Assembly: GCF_006345805.1 (NCBI RefSeq) | Contig: NC_042998.1 | Coordinates: 48,608,001 to 48,672,000, forward strand | Origin: Octopus sinensis | Lineage: Eukaryota | Direction: 5' to 3' | DNA length: 64,000 bases | Shown: positions 35,337 through 48,319 of the stretch, one piece after another | Position numbering within the stretch: position 1 is the first letter of the stretch | Layout of the letters: each line of letters opens with the position of its first letter | Translations under genes and position numbers: made by a program | The notes under the pieces: model-generated | What the model was told of the DNA's origin: nothing | What the model saw: only the letters and a program-made list of their open reading frames with translations | Database searches by the model: none

Positions 35337-35572
35337 AAAAGGTAGCAGTATTACCAATATTATCGGAGCTCTGGGAATAATGAGTAAAAATCTCGAGAAG
35401 TACGTGGACAAATAGAGGCTGCAATAAGGGTGGAGCACTTGCAGAAAACACACCGCTTGGAACCGCTCGAACACCCCGGAAGGTGCTCGAAAAATAGAGG
35501 TGTTACCTTAGTTCACTGGTAGTGAACAGCTGACACTGTAATACATCTCCAGCGTTAGAAGCTGTGCAAAGC
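35337..35572 (+). mobile_element. R4/Dong-type 3' end, subfamily D, copy 2
   Basis: Near-identical to 34791-35030 with the same 5' break AAAAGGTAGCAGT. Confidence 0.85.
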
Positions 35573-35607
35573 AATAATAATAAAATAATAATAATAATAA
35601 TAATATA

Positions 35608-35655
<48 letters not shown>

Positions 35656-35681
35656 TAATAATAATAATAATAATAATATAA

Positions 35682-35714
<33 letters not shown>

Positions 35715-36699
35715 CGACAATGATGATGATGGGGGGTGATAATGATGCTGATGATGATGAGAGGGAGGAGGGGAGGAGGAGGAGGAAGGAGAGTGGCGAC
35801 GATGACAACTTCAACGGCTGCACGAAATGTTCTCATATACTCATATGAACCTCCGCCAGACTTTAAAAAAATGACAATATAAAATGAAACTTTAATTTAG
35901 AATAGAGACAGACCACGATAGCCTGACATCATATTCCATTACGAAAATTACAATAGAGTACTAATTATCGCCATAGCAATAACAAAATACCAAATTATTA
36001 TACTCTTGTGCAGAAGCTAGCTGAAAAGCTAAGAAATTATACCAAACTATCTGTTGAAATGAAAATAAATTATGACTGTAAAGGAATATGTTGGCTTGTG
36101 ATACGCACAATTAAGTGATACACTATCATTTCTGTAAAGATATTGACAAATTACCTCTGAAGAGAGACATAAGTGCGTTCCGGAAATAAATAGTCTTATT
36201 AAGACATCTTACACAACATTTGTTGGTCTTATTTACTGTTGCATATTCTTGCTCTTCTTAATCAGCTTTGCTAACCCTACTACGTTTTGCATGTTTTTCA
36301 TTAAACATTCGATATTTCACCTCCTACGCTGTATTTAAATATTGTAAGATGAAAGGGAACTTTTGATATATTTTTGAAACCATGAATGATGAAAGGATTT
36401 TTTTTTTAGTAGTAACAGAAAAAGTACCCGAAATCAAAGAACTGTTATAAGAGAACGTCACTAAATCAGAAAGAACCTGCCGTTATGAAAAACGATTTTT
36501 TGAACAAAGTAAATAATTCTTCTCTACCAAGAATTTAGTTGAAAAGGATAATGAAAGTCAATACTGCCTCAACACAAGAGAAGCAGAAGAATTTTGTGGA
36601 TGGTAAAATGTTCAGCGAAAATTCATTTCGGAAAACGTTGGTGAAAACATCGAAGACAGCATTGAAACAAACGTGGGTGTCCATAACAACAGAATGAAT

Positions 36700-37647
36700 A
36701 ACTTTAGATACTGCAAAAAAAAAAAAAAAACTGGATATCAGTCGGATGAGACAAGATCCACTAATTCTGGTTGAAATATTTTAAGAGGGACACATGCAGC
36801 TAGTGGAGAAGTTTACTGAAATACCGATGGGCCCGGAAACAACATGTAACTGGATCAGTAAAAGGAAAACCATTTTAATCGCTGAAATCAGAAATCTTCA
36901 AAATTTTGGACCCATGACATGACGTGTTACAACTTGAAAAGCCGTTAACTGCAATAAAATGAACAAAACAGCATGAAGAAACCAACTTGTTTCCCGAAGA
37001 GCTGAAAGGACTCAACAAAGGTTCATATGGCTGCAAAGATCAATTGTTGATCTATAAATAATATATAACTGAAAGCTGCCAAAAGAAAAAGGACCCAAGC
37101 ATAGCAAGGACTGACTCCGGGAGGATTTTGACAGTATTTTCCACAGATGGAATTACTAGTCATGAGTAATGTAGCAATAATAAGAAAATACTTGAAAACT
37201 ATCATGAGAAAACGGCAAATGGTTCTGCAGTTTCAGACAAAGGAAGGAATTGTGGAAACTAAACCTTCAAAAGAGGAATATTCTAGAACTCCCTGCTCCT
37301 CTCCTTTTCTGTCTACTGTTGATGTATTTGCCCGACATGCTAAACAGAACTAGATATAAATACAAATGATATGGTATGACAATCAGCTCAGTTTTGTAAA
37401 TAGATGATCTCAAGTTGTTTGCTACAGATGAAAAACAAATCAAACATTACAGAAGATAGCACAAGGATTTAGAAAAGAAATTAATGAGATTCGGCTTAGA
37501 AAATACGCCAAAGCTACCTTGGAGGGAGGGAAATTATTTAAGAACACTAATATCATAGTAGATAAAGAGACCGAGACTAGCGAATTAGACCAGACACTGA
37601 TATACAAACATTTAGGAATCAATGAACTAAACAGCATACAAAAGAAT

Positions 37648-37704
<57 letters not shown>

Positions 37705-39036
37705 ATATATATATATATAATATATATATAGATAAATATATATATATATAAACTGATGAAATACTGAAATGCAGCGTACACAAACGAAAGGAAAGATTAG
37801 AAAGAACAAGATAAATTCTTAAAACAGAATTAAATGCAAAACGATAATAGGCATCAATACTCTATCTGTCTGAATAAAAAGATACAGTTATGGTATTTCC
37901 AATTAGACACTGAATGACCTAATTAGACTAGACAGGAAAACGAGTAGAGACAGCATTTAGGATACTCCACGCAAAATTTCATATACAATGGTGATATTTA
38001 CCTAGAATACAAGGAAGTAAAGGTCCCATACATATAAAAACCAATATAAAAATATTCACTGTCGGATAACAAAATATCTAATACAGAATACAAATAGCTA
38101 CATAAAAGGGACTAAAACACGTTTTCTGTCTTCTGGGAGACCAACAAATACAAAATAACGACTACAATAATAAATAACTATGACGAAAATAGAGAAAATG
38201 CGACGGAAAACGTGAAACAACAAAAATATAAATTAATGTCGGAAGTAAAGAATGCCATGATTAAGCGAGAGCAACAAATGATCGTACATGGCCAGTTCTA
38301 AAATATATCTAAATACAAGTTGAGAAGCGTGAGACTTAAAGGAGAGTCTGGTGGCTTCTTGATCGTAATACAGGACTAAAGCCTTTCTACCAGAAACCAT
38401 CGAAAGCGTATTATGAAGCAGACTAGAGTAACAACAGAATATGTGGAGATGAGGAAGAAACAGTAAACTACATTATCTTTGGCTACCCAGTCTCAGACAG
38501 GAAAGTATACATCCACAGAGATTGAAATTTGAGACATATACATACTAAATCTTATGCTAGCGTTATGAAACATTAACAGAAAAGAGATGGTTCTGTAATA
38601 CGCTAGGAAATGTCTCAGAGAATAGCAAAGCAACCATACTCTGGGATATTCCGACATACAAATAGTGAGATCAAGGTTAATCGACCAGATACTGTTATCA
38701 GGGACCATCTGGATAAGAAATGCATCAAAATACAGGCCCTATGAAAATGATAACGTATTTTTAAAGGGAATGGAGATCTGGAAATAGAGATGACCCTGAC
38801 GTGGAGCCTTAAACAATAGCTACAATGTTTTGGTTGAGAATAGTGAATAAAGCATATAGTGAAATAGATAACCACAACCCCTGGACGTAGAAGATATACA
38901 TAAAATACAAAGAACACCGTTGCTAAGCACTGCACACATATTACGAAGGGAAATTTCAACATAGTAACAATGACAAAACCAAGATATAATACAACCTTTG
39001 GCAAGGCACACAAAGCAGCGATTTGTAGAGCAATAA
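36700..39036 (+). mobile_element. Long, heavily decayed R4/Dong-type retrotransposon (RT to REL)
   Basis: Across frameshifts: WISKRKTIL, NFGP.T, EETNLFPEE.KG..KGSYGCKDQLLI, FDSIFHRW, RGIF..SLLLS, IDDLKLFA, RFGL..YAKATLEGGK, LWDIP..EIKVNRPDTVIRDH, IQRTPLLSTAHILRR. Interrupted by (TA)n at 37650-37750. Confidence 0.85.
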
Positions 39037-39049
39037 AATCATCACTATC

Positions 39050-40297
39050 ACTATCATCATCGTCGTCGTCGTCGTCGTCATCAACATCATCATCGTCATT
39101 ATCTTCATCGCTGCCGTTGCCGGCAAAACCACCTCCTGCTACCACCAGCAGCAGCAGCATCAACACCGCCAATGTTTATCATCCATTATACGTGTCGATG
39201 CTATCGCTGTCATCATCACGATTCTGGGGAGTTCCCTTTTTAGCAACAGTTGCCAACTGGAAAATAGCTACATCACTTAGCACTTAGCTCCCTTCTTCTT
39301 CTTCTTCTTCTTCTTCTTCTTCTTCTTCTTTTTTCTTCTTCTTCTTCGTCTTCTTTTATTCTTCTTCTTCTCTTCTTCTTCTCTTCTTCTTCTTCTTCTT
39401 CTCTTCTTAGTCTTCTCTTCTTCTTTCTTTCTTCTTCTTCTTCTTCTCTTTTATTCTCTTCTATTCTTCTTCCTTCTTATTCTTCTTCTTCTTCTCCTCT
39501 CTCTCTCTCTCTCTCTACTTACTTTCTCTTGTTCTTCGCCTCTCCTCTACCTTTTCTTTCTTCGACTCTGTCGCCACCTCCACCACCACCACCACCATCA
39601 TTATCATCATCATTTGCTACTCAGCCTCCTCCTCCACAGCATCATTATCAACAGCAGCAGCAGCACCGACATTAACGTTATCATTGTCACTATCGCCGTG
39701 ATCATTTATTGACGGCGTCAGCCTGCACATCATCATTACCATTATCATCATTATCATCCGCACCATCACCAGCAGCACCAGCAGCAGCAGCAGCAATAGC
39801 AGCATCCCCACCATCATCACTACCCACTACTGTCAGCATTATCATCATCACCTTCACCACAATCATCACCACCACCACCATCATCATCTTCATCATTATC
39901 CTTTTCCTCCTCTTCCTCCTCCTCCTCATCATCTCATTATTATCATCATCATCATCATCACAGACATCTACCAACATCTACGCAATCGTCGTCATCACTA
40001 TCAGCGTGATCATTTATCGACAGCGTGCACATAAACGTCATCATCATCGTCATCATCATCATCATCAACATTACCACCACCACCACCAACACCACCCTCA
40101 TCATCTTCAACACTGTCCTTTTCGTTGTCGTCGTTGTTGTCGCCGTCGTTCCCTCCTCCTACTCCTACTCCTCTTCATCAATATCATCATCATCGCAATC
40201 ATAATCATCAATATCGACGACGTCGTTGCCGTCTCTGTCGACACGGACATCGTGATCACCACCATCATCATCATCATCATCATCGTCATCATCATCG

Positions 40298-40341
<44 letters not shown>

Positions 40342-40445
40342 TCATCATCATCATCACCACCACAATCATCATCATCAATATCCACGACGTCGTTGCCGTC
40401 TCTGTCGACGCGGACAGCATGATCATCATCAGCAGCAGCAGCAGT

Positions 40446-40488
<43 letters not shown>

Positions 40489-40550
40489 CCATCACCACCA
40501 CCACCCACCACCACCACCACCACCACCACCACAACCACCATCAGAACCAT
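39050..40550. repeat. Trinucleotide low-complexity block (CAT/CAC/CAG/TTC) with internal duplications
   Basis: (TTC)n at 39290-39500; CAT/CAC runs; duplicated GACGACGTCGTTGCCGTCTCTGTCGAC at ~40216 and ~40385. Confidence 0.9.
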
Positions 40551-40589
40551 TAGAATAGAGCTAACAGCCGCAGCAATAACACAGAGCGA

Positions 40590-40640
40590 TCCGTCCCACA
40601 CGCCAGCCAATCCCCTTAATATGGTGTGACGTCAAAGTCA
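40590..40640. promoter_or_regulatory. Possible NF-Y + CRE regulatory module
   Basis: AGCCAATC (40605-40612) and the perfect palindrome TGACGTCA (40627-40634), with CCCACACGCC just upstream, in a unique island. Confidence 0.25.
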
Positions 40641-40766
40641 GATCTCCCACACACCGGCAGCGCATGCTTTTTCTTCTTTTAATTTTATTCTAAAACTATT
40701 GTGGTAAACACACTGGGATTCGATAAAAGAACACTTACAAAACACCTAGTAACTCATACGCAATCG

Positions 40767-40769
<3 letters not shown>

Positions 40770-40804
<35 letters not shown>

Positions 40805-41077
40805 CAACATACACACATACGCAGGGCGAATCTTGTATGTATGTATGTATGTGTCTGTCTGTCTGTCTATTGATGCAATATATGCATATATGTATATTTA
40901 CATACATATTTGTGGCTATGTATGTATCTACAAGTGTGTATACATGTATATGTGTGTGTGTGTATATATATTAATATACATACATCTATAAATATATGTG
41001 TGTGTGTATGTTAAAATTGACAGATTTATAGATATATATATACATATATAAATATATACATATTCATATATACATGC

Positions 41078-41108
<31 letters not shown>

Positions 41109-41132
41109 TATACGTAAAATATATACACACAT

Positions 41133-41193
<61 letters not shown>

Positions 41194-41357
41194 AGGGACA
41201 GGCAAGTTTTAACAAATGTATTATTATATCGCTGATACACACAACATATGTGTGCGTGGAGTGTGTGCATGTATTCAATTACATATATCTATATAAGCAA
41301 ACATATTGTGTTATGGTGTGTGTGGTGTATCAAGGTAAATACACAACTGAAAGAGCT

Positions 41358-41393
<36 letters not shown>

Positions 41394-41465
41394 TATATAC
41401 ATATCGATCGACACACACACATATATACATATAATATATATAATATATATATAATATATATACAT

Positions 41466-41498
<33 letters not shown>

Positions 41499-41561
41499 CA
41501 CACACATACATACATACATATATATTTAGGAATGTATATGTGCGTGTATATATGTGTGTAT

Positions 41562-41600
<39 letters not shown>

Positions 41601-41839
41601 GTGTGTGTGGTGTGTGTGTGTGTGTGTGTGTAAAATACCAACACAGCGTTGTCTAGAATATAGTTTCAACGTAAATAATACGCCGCGTATATATTTAGTA
41701 AAGCATATAAATATTCAGGTTGCATTTTATCAATATTTTTTGACGTAACATGCGATTTAAATTATTGCGTGTGTACGAATGTATACATATGTATGTTTAT
41801 GGATATATATGGGTGTGTGTATAGAGTGTGTGGTGTGAG

Positions 41840-41875
<36 letters not shown>

Positions 41876-41921
41876 ATGTGAGTGTGTGTGTGTGTGTGTG
41901 TGTGTGGTGTATGTGTGTGGT

Positions 41922-41961
<40 letters not shown>

Positions 41962-42215
41962 TGAATGCTTATTCCATACACAGCAACATATATGCCAACA
42001 TATATACATGGAAACAATTGTGTATGCATGTGTATGTGCGTATACACGTACACACATACACATGCACACAAACAAGCGTATGTACACACACAGATGTGTG
42101 TATGTGCGCGCGTGTGTTTGTGTGTGTATGGTGCGCGCTTGTAAGTGTGTATGTACGTATGTATGTACATATGTATTTATGTATGTATTTATATGTATGT
42201 ATGCTTGTATGTATG

Positions 42216-42247
<32 letters not shown>

Positions 42248-42680
42248 TGTATGTATGTATGTATGTATGTATGTATGTGTGCGTGTTTGTATGTATGTAT
42301 GTGTATGTATGTATGTATGTATGTGTATGTATGTATGTATGTATGTATGTATGTGTATGTATGTATGTATGTATTACTAATTATTAATAAACAAACGGAA
42401 ATACTTCCGTTTTTGTTGGGCATGAACAATTGTATACGAGAAAAAACATATATACAAATATGTGTGTATGTGTGTGTGTATGTATGTGTATGTGTGTGTG
42501 TGTGTTGTGAGTGTGTGTGTATTATATACAATGCCACTTAATTGTGCTGTTGGAATAAAAGCACGTGCACACGGTTGTCTCTGCAGATACCATAATATAG
42601 ACATAAACTCATCCATACGAATATAATCATATCCTAAATATTTCCTGTATGTGTGCATGAAAGCCTCTGCTTATATGCGA

Positions 42681-42737
<57 letters not shown>

Positions 42738-42749
42738 AAGAGATAGATG

Positions 42750-42833
<84 letters not shown>

Positions 42834-42875
42834 CAGATAGATAGATAAGATATACAGATAGATAGACAGACAGAC

Positions 42876-42947
<72 letters not shown>

Positions 42948-42964
42948 GGATGGATGGATGGATG

Positions 42965-43046
<82 letters not shown>

Positions 43047-43051
43047 CAGAC

Positions 43052-43094
<43 letters not shown>

Positions 43095-43138
43095 CAGACG
43101 GACACACACACACACATACAAACACACACACACACACA

Positions 43139-43205
<67 letters not shown>

Positions 43206-43215
43206 TTGTTTCAGT
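40770..43215. repeat. Large compound microsatellite field (CA, TA, TG, TATG, TAGA, TGGA, CAGA)
   Basis: Directly visible; source of the longest artefact ORFs (e.g. 41797-42537). Confidence 0.95.
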
Positions 43216-43931
43216 GCGCTTGCGTGCGTGCCTGTATAACGGTTTTGCATATAAACGTTATTTCTGTTTTAAGTGTGCGCGCTTATGGTAGCATATCTAT
43301 GTTTGTTATAAACGATAAAAGTTCATGTAGATCATTGCAATTGCGTGTGTTTGTACACGTGACTGATATGCATTAAGATCTTGCATATGTTCACGCAAAT
43401 GCATATAGCAACATATTTTCAAGAGCTGTTTTATACATAATGTACACGTGTACGTCGTCACATGTAATGATATTTTGAATGTCACTTCCAAATGCATTTC
43501 TGCTTGTGGCTGAATTACAGTTGCTAGCTGTTTAGGAAGCAATACGTCATGGCAATTTTTCACATCTAGCTTTCGCTTATCTTATGTTATCTAGGATACA
43601 TCATTCTTTTTTTTTTTATTGCTTTACCTCTCTAATCTGTCTTTTTCTTTTTCATTTATTTTTCAATGTAGTTTCGGAATTCTTTTTATTATTATTATTA
43701 TTATTGTTGTTGTTGTTGTTGTTGTTATTATTATTATTATTATTATTATATTATTATCATCATCATCATCATCATCATTATTATATTATTATTATTATTA
43801 TTATTATGATTATTATACTATTATTATGATTGATGAGAGTTACGCACTCTGGTGATGAAAAATCGTTTTAGTCCCTTCCCCAAATTTGAGGCCTTGTTGC
43901 CATATTCCTGTAGAAAGATTATTATATCATT

Positions 43932-44545
43932 GAGTGAGAGAGCAGTTCATGCCATCAAAGTGACACTGGGGTAAAATATACGAAGCCCAATATACCCATC
44001 ATGACTACCCGTCTGATAAAGGTACACCAGGCACATGCATCACAACCATATGTGCGCGACATGGTGATCTCATATCAAGATAAACAGCACATGACCTTGC
44101 AGGTGGGGCCCAGTTAGAGATTTTCTTCAGGTTGAGTAGCCCATCCCGCTCAAACGGTCCCTGAATATGGGTTGTTTAAGGATGTTGAAAGAACCACCCA
44201 TGTTTCCAGAAGTGAACTATTCAAACCCCAAAGAATCCCTCTAACACATGGCTATGATGCTCCACCCACTACTTCTGCTCGTGATCAGAGATGCACATAT
44301 CTTCAGCCACTAAGGGACATGCTCAACTGGTTAAGGTCAAACAACTGACAAGCAAATCTGTGGTATTGAGCAGAATATTTGCTGTTATTATTATTATTAT
44401 ATATATTATTTTATTATTATTATTATTATTATTATGAGTGAGGGGAGAGCAGTGCATGCCATCAAAGTGACACTGGGGTTAAAATATACAAAGCCCAGTA
44501 TACCCGTCGTGACTACCCGTCTGATAAGGGTAGACTAGGCACAAT

Positions 44546-44577
<32 letters not shown>

Positions 44578-44739
44578 ATTATTATTATTATTGTTATTAT
44601 TATTATTATTATTATTATTGAGTGAGAGAGCAGTGCATGCCATCAAAGTGACACTGGGGTAAAATATACGAAGTCCAGTATACCCATCATGACTACCCGT
44701 CTGATAAGGGTACACTAGGCAGAATTATTATTGTTATTA

Positions 44740-44786
<47 letters not shown>

Positions 44787-44898
44787 ATTATTATTGAGTG
44801 AGAGAGCAGGGATGCCCTCAAAGTGACACTGGGGTAATATATACGAAGCCTAGTATACCCATCATGACTACCCGTCTGATAAGGGTACACCAGGCACA

Positions 44899-44937
<39 letters not shown>

Positions 44938-45042
44938 GAGTTAGAGAGCAATGCATGCCATCAAAGTGACACTGGGGTTAAAATATACGAAGTCCAGTAT
45001 ACCCATCATGACTACCCGTCTGATAAGGGTACACTAGGCACA
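43932..45042 (-). mobile_element. Family C element (43932-44384) followed by four ~105-bp copies of its terminus separated by (ATT)n
   Basis: Copies at 44436-44543, 44620-44723, 44796-44898 and 44938-45042, all GAGTGAGAGAGCA..GGGTACACYAGGCACA. Confidence 0.9.
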
Positions 45043-45043
45043 A

Positions 45044-45074
<31 letters not shown>

Positions 45075-46025
45075 TATTATTATTATTATTATTTTGTCTG
45101 AAAGAAATAAATGACATTGAAAAAATATATTAATAATATTGATAATTTTTACTTTTCATTTGTATGCTTGAATCAAATATTAATCTTCTCATTACCAAAT
45201 AACATAACACACACACACATACACACACATACACACTCACATTGACACTCACATTCACACAGATAAACACACACACATACGCACGCACACAAATACACAT
45301 ACACACAAAGAGAGCACGCGTGAATAAAACAGAAAAAAGTTGGGCTGGCGAAAGAAAAGGGGAGAGAAAGAGAATGCAAAACGCGTTAGAATGCCATCGA
45401 GTAATTTTACTGCGTAATGGAGAAGACAGAGGCCATGGAACTAAGTATGAATATTTGCTATTTGCGGTTGAGTTGTTATAATTTGATTAGCTGAAAAAAT
45501 GAGAAGATAAGATGGAGGGATACATGAAAGTAGGTTGGAAAAAGAGAAAGTCTGAGAACACACTCATATATCAACGGACTTTACTCCGTTCAAACAAGTG
45601 GACCATACACCTTCTTCCCTCAGCAGCCATGTTTTTCTGGCGGTTATTGACCTGGAGCCGCATCAATAACACCAGCTTATAGGAGGGAGAAGTTGTAAAA
45701 ACTTCGGACAATGATTTCCTTTCATACATTATGTATATATATATGCGAGAATGTATGCGTTTGTATTTCTGTGAATGTGTGTGTGTGTGTGTACGTACGT
45801 CCTGTGTGTGTGTGTGTGTGTGTGTGTACGTATGTCTGTGTGTGTGTGTGTGTGTGTGTGTGCATTTCTCTATGTCAAAGATTACGAGATGTATGTACAT
45901 ATGTGTGTGTGTGTGCGTATATATATATACGTATGCATGTGTATTTATGGATAATACACACATATGCACACACACACATATAGATACATAGACATGTACA
46001 TACTACTTAAATGTGTGTGCGTGCG

Positions 46026-46056
<31 letters not shown>

Positions 46057-46060
46057 GCAT

Positions 46061-46091
<31 letters not shown>

Positions 46092-46099
46092 GTATATGC

Positions 46100-46175
<76 letters not shown>

Positions 46176-46494
46176 TATATATATATTATATATATATATA
46201 TATATGATAAACTTTATGTCGTTTAGACTACACTGTGTAACGCCCACGCTTTGAGAAATAAACGCATGTAAAAACATCCTGGTATTCTCTTCGCACACAG
46301 AAACATAATGAAATCTCATTGCTTTATATTTGCGAAGAGAACATCAACAAGTATCAACATTTGTCTACATCGTAGGCGTTATGGACCAAAGTTTAACTGT
46401 ATTAGATATATTTTAGATTTCTAATGCCCTCTGTTTAGGAACGCGTGCGCGCACATACACACACATTCAGACACATGCATATATATATATATAT

Positions 46495-46720
46495 ATCTGT
46501 CCGGCATTCGCCATGATATATCGCTAGCCACTACACATTCTTTATTTTCTCTCCCTGTTTCTTTCTGTGTTCCTTTCTGTGGAAGAGCGTAGGCTCGAAA
46601 CGTTAAAGACTTTTTCACTTCCCGAGCGTTAAGCTAATACATCTTTTTATTGTCTACACCACCTGTCTTCGTGTTTTTTTGGGGTTTTTTTTGTCAATTC
46701 TCCCTATATACTATGTGGTG

Positions 46721-46751
<31 letters not shown>

Positions 46752-46963
46752 TGTGTGCGTGCGTGACCGCGTGTGTATCATTGGCGATTTTCTTTCTCTG
46801 TCTTCCCATCCTTGGACTTTTCCTTTTTTCTGTATTTCTGACGAAGAACTTCGCTCGAAACGTTGAATCCTCCTTCTTTCTTTCCTTTCCTGAGCGTCCA
46901 ATAACACTATACTTGTTCCACGTTCTCGCGTTTTTTGTGTTTTCTCTTTGTGCATGTTTGGAT

Positions 46964-46970
<7 letters not shown>
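46495..46970 (+). mobile_element. Two Penelope-type terminal repeats / retrozyme-like units, each with a minimal type I hammerhead
   Basis: CTTT-CTGTGGA-A-GAGC-GTAG-GCTC-GAAACGTT-AAAG (46573-46608) and ATTT-CTGACGA-A-GAAC-TTC-GCTC-GAAACGTT-GAAT (46834-46868). Confidence 0.75.
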
Positions 46971-47000
<30 letters not shown>

Positions 47001-47570
47001 TTTAGTCTGTCACGTATCAAGTGACTCATTAAGTCGAAGCTCATCCCGATCTCTACATCCTTCTTATTGCAAGGGGTGTATCTATCTATTTATCTACTTA
47101 TCTAGCTATCTAGCTACTCATACGCGCGCGCGCACGCATGCACACACTCATGATAGCTGCACCTAGAGTTAAACCAACACAGTACCTAGAGTGTTCGCCA
47201 AAAGCAGCACAGATGTGCCTTTTCAGTCTTGGTAAGGACCCAGACTCTCCTGCTCAGATGTGGCACCTCTCATTACAGTTATTCGAATATTCGCCACTCT
47301 CACTTCATTCCATCGTGAAATTTTTCACTGAGTGTTTTGCCTTTTTTTCGCTATGACCAACCGTACTATAGAAACGCATAATACAAATATTGAAAATGAA
47401 AGTCGGTCTGTGCTTGAAGCGTTTTAAAGCAAGGAAAAACCTTGAACAGAGCTAATTCCTAGCCTCTCACCAATACATGCATTTGTTCATAAAAACTAGT
47501 CTATATTGTTGGATGCAAACAAAGTTGTGGGTGTTACATCAGAATTTTCTTTCGCCTAGAGCTGGGATTT

Positions 47571-47973
47571 ACTCTTTTACTCTTTTACTTGTTTCAGTCA
47601 TTTGACTGCGGCCATGCTGGAGCACCGCCTTTAGTCGAGCAAATCGACCCCAGGACTTATTCTTTATAAGCCTAGTACTTATTTTATTGGTCTCTTTTGC
47701 CGAACCGCTAAGTGACGGGGACGTAAACACACCAGCATCGGTTGTCAAGCAATCCTAGGGGGACAAACACAGACACACAAACACACACACACATATATAT
47801 ATATACATATATACGACAGGCTTCTTTCAGTTTCCGTCTACCAAATCCACTCACAAGGCATTGGTCGGCCCGGGGCTACAGCAGAAGACACTTGCCCAAG
47901 ATGCCACGCAGTGGGACTGAACCCGGAACCATGTGGTTGGTTAGCAAGCTACTTACCACACAGCCACTCCTGC
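47571..47973 (-). mobile_element. SINE family B, full length, low divergence
   Basis: Reverse complement aligns along the whole of 20482-20899; tail (ACTCTTTT)2. Confidence 0.92.
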
Positions 47974-47977
47974 ATCT

Positions 47978-48319
47978 ATGGACTCTTTTGATTACTATTT
48001 CATTTTGGTGGACCCCCACAGCCATTCTATGTTCAGAAACTTGTTTTATAGAAACTGCTTTCAAAATTCTTATTTTGTTTTTCCCCCGTAAACTTACTTG
48101 TCTAGATAGATCTTCGTAAATTGTTAGAAAATGAGACCTGGCTGTTTCTTGCAATACATACCACTACATACATCTAAAACAAAATGTTTTCAGGGGCCCT
48201 TAAAATACTACTGCAGGATCCCCAACTTACTAATTTGTTACGTGGACTCCGACCAAAAAAAATAATAAAATCTTATATGAACCCTCAGGGGCCATTTGGA
48301 CCCCAGTTGAGAACCATTG
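47978..48319. mobile_element. hAT-type MITE, left end lost at the SINE
   Basis: GATTACTATTTCATTTTGGTGGACCCC..CCCTTAAAATACTA..GTTACGTGGAC..CCCAGTTGAGAACCATTG shared with 32614-32809. Confidence 0.65.

Noticed and set aside
39709-40610. His-, Asp- or Met-rich protein genes
   Set aside because: All six frames are open because of CAT/GAT periodicity; no splice or start context. Kept only as a low-interest note.
43336-43403. Nested palindromes (11/12-bp outer, 7-bp inner)
   Set aside because: TGCA/ATAT-rich alternating sequence makes such pairing likely by chance.
44436-45042. CRISPR-like repeat-spacer appearance
   Set aside because: Repeats are ~105 bp retroelement ends, the spacers are (ATT)n, the context is eukaryotic, and there are no cas genes.
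45571-45720. Minus-strand first exon AAAAACATGGCTGCTGAGGGAAGAAG|GTGTAT
   Set aside because: Good start context but weak donor and only seven codons; expected by chance in 64 kb.
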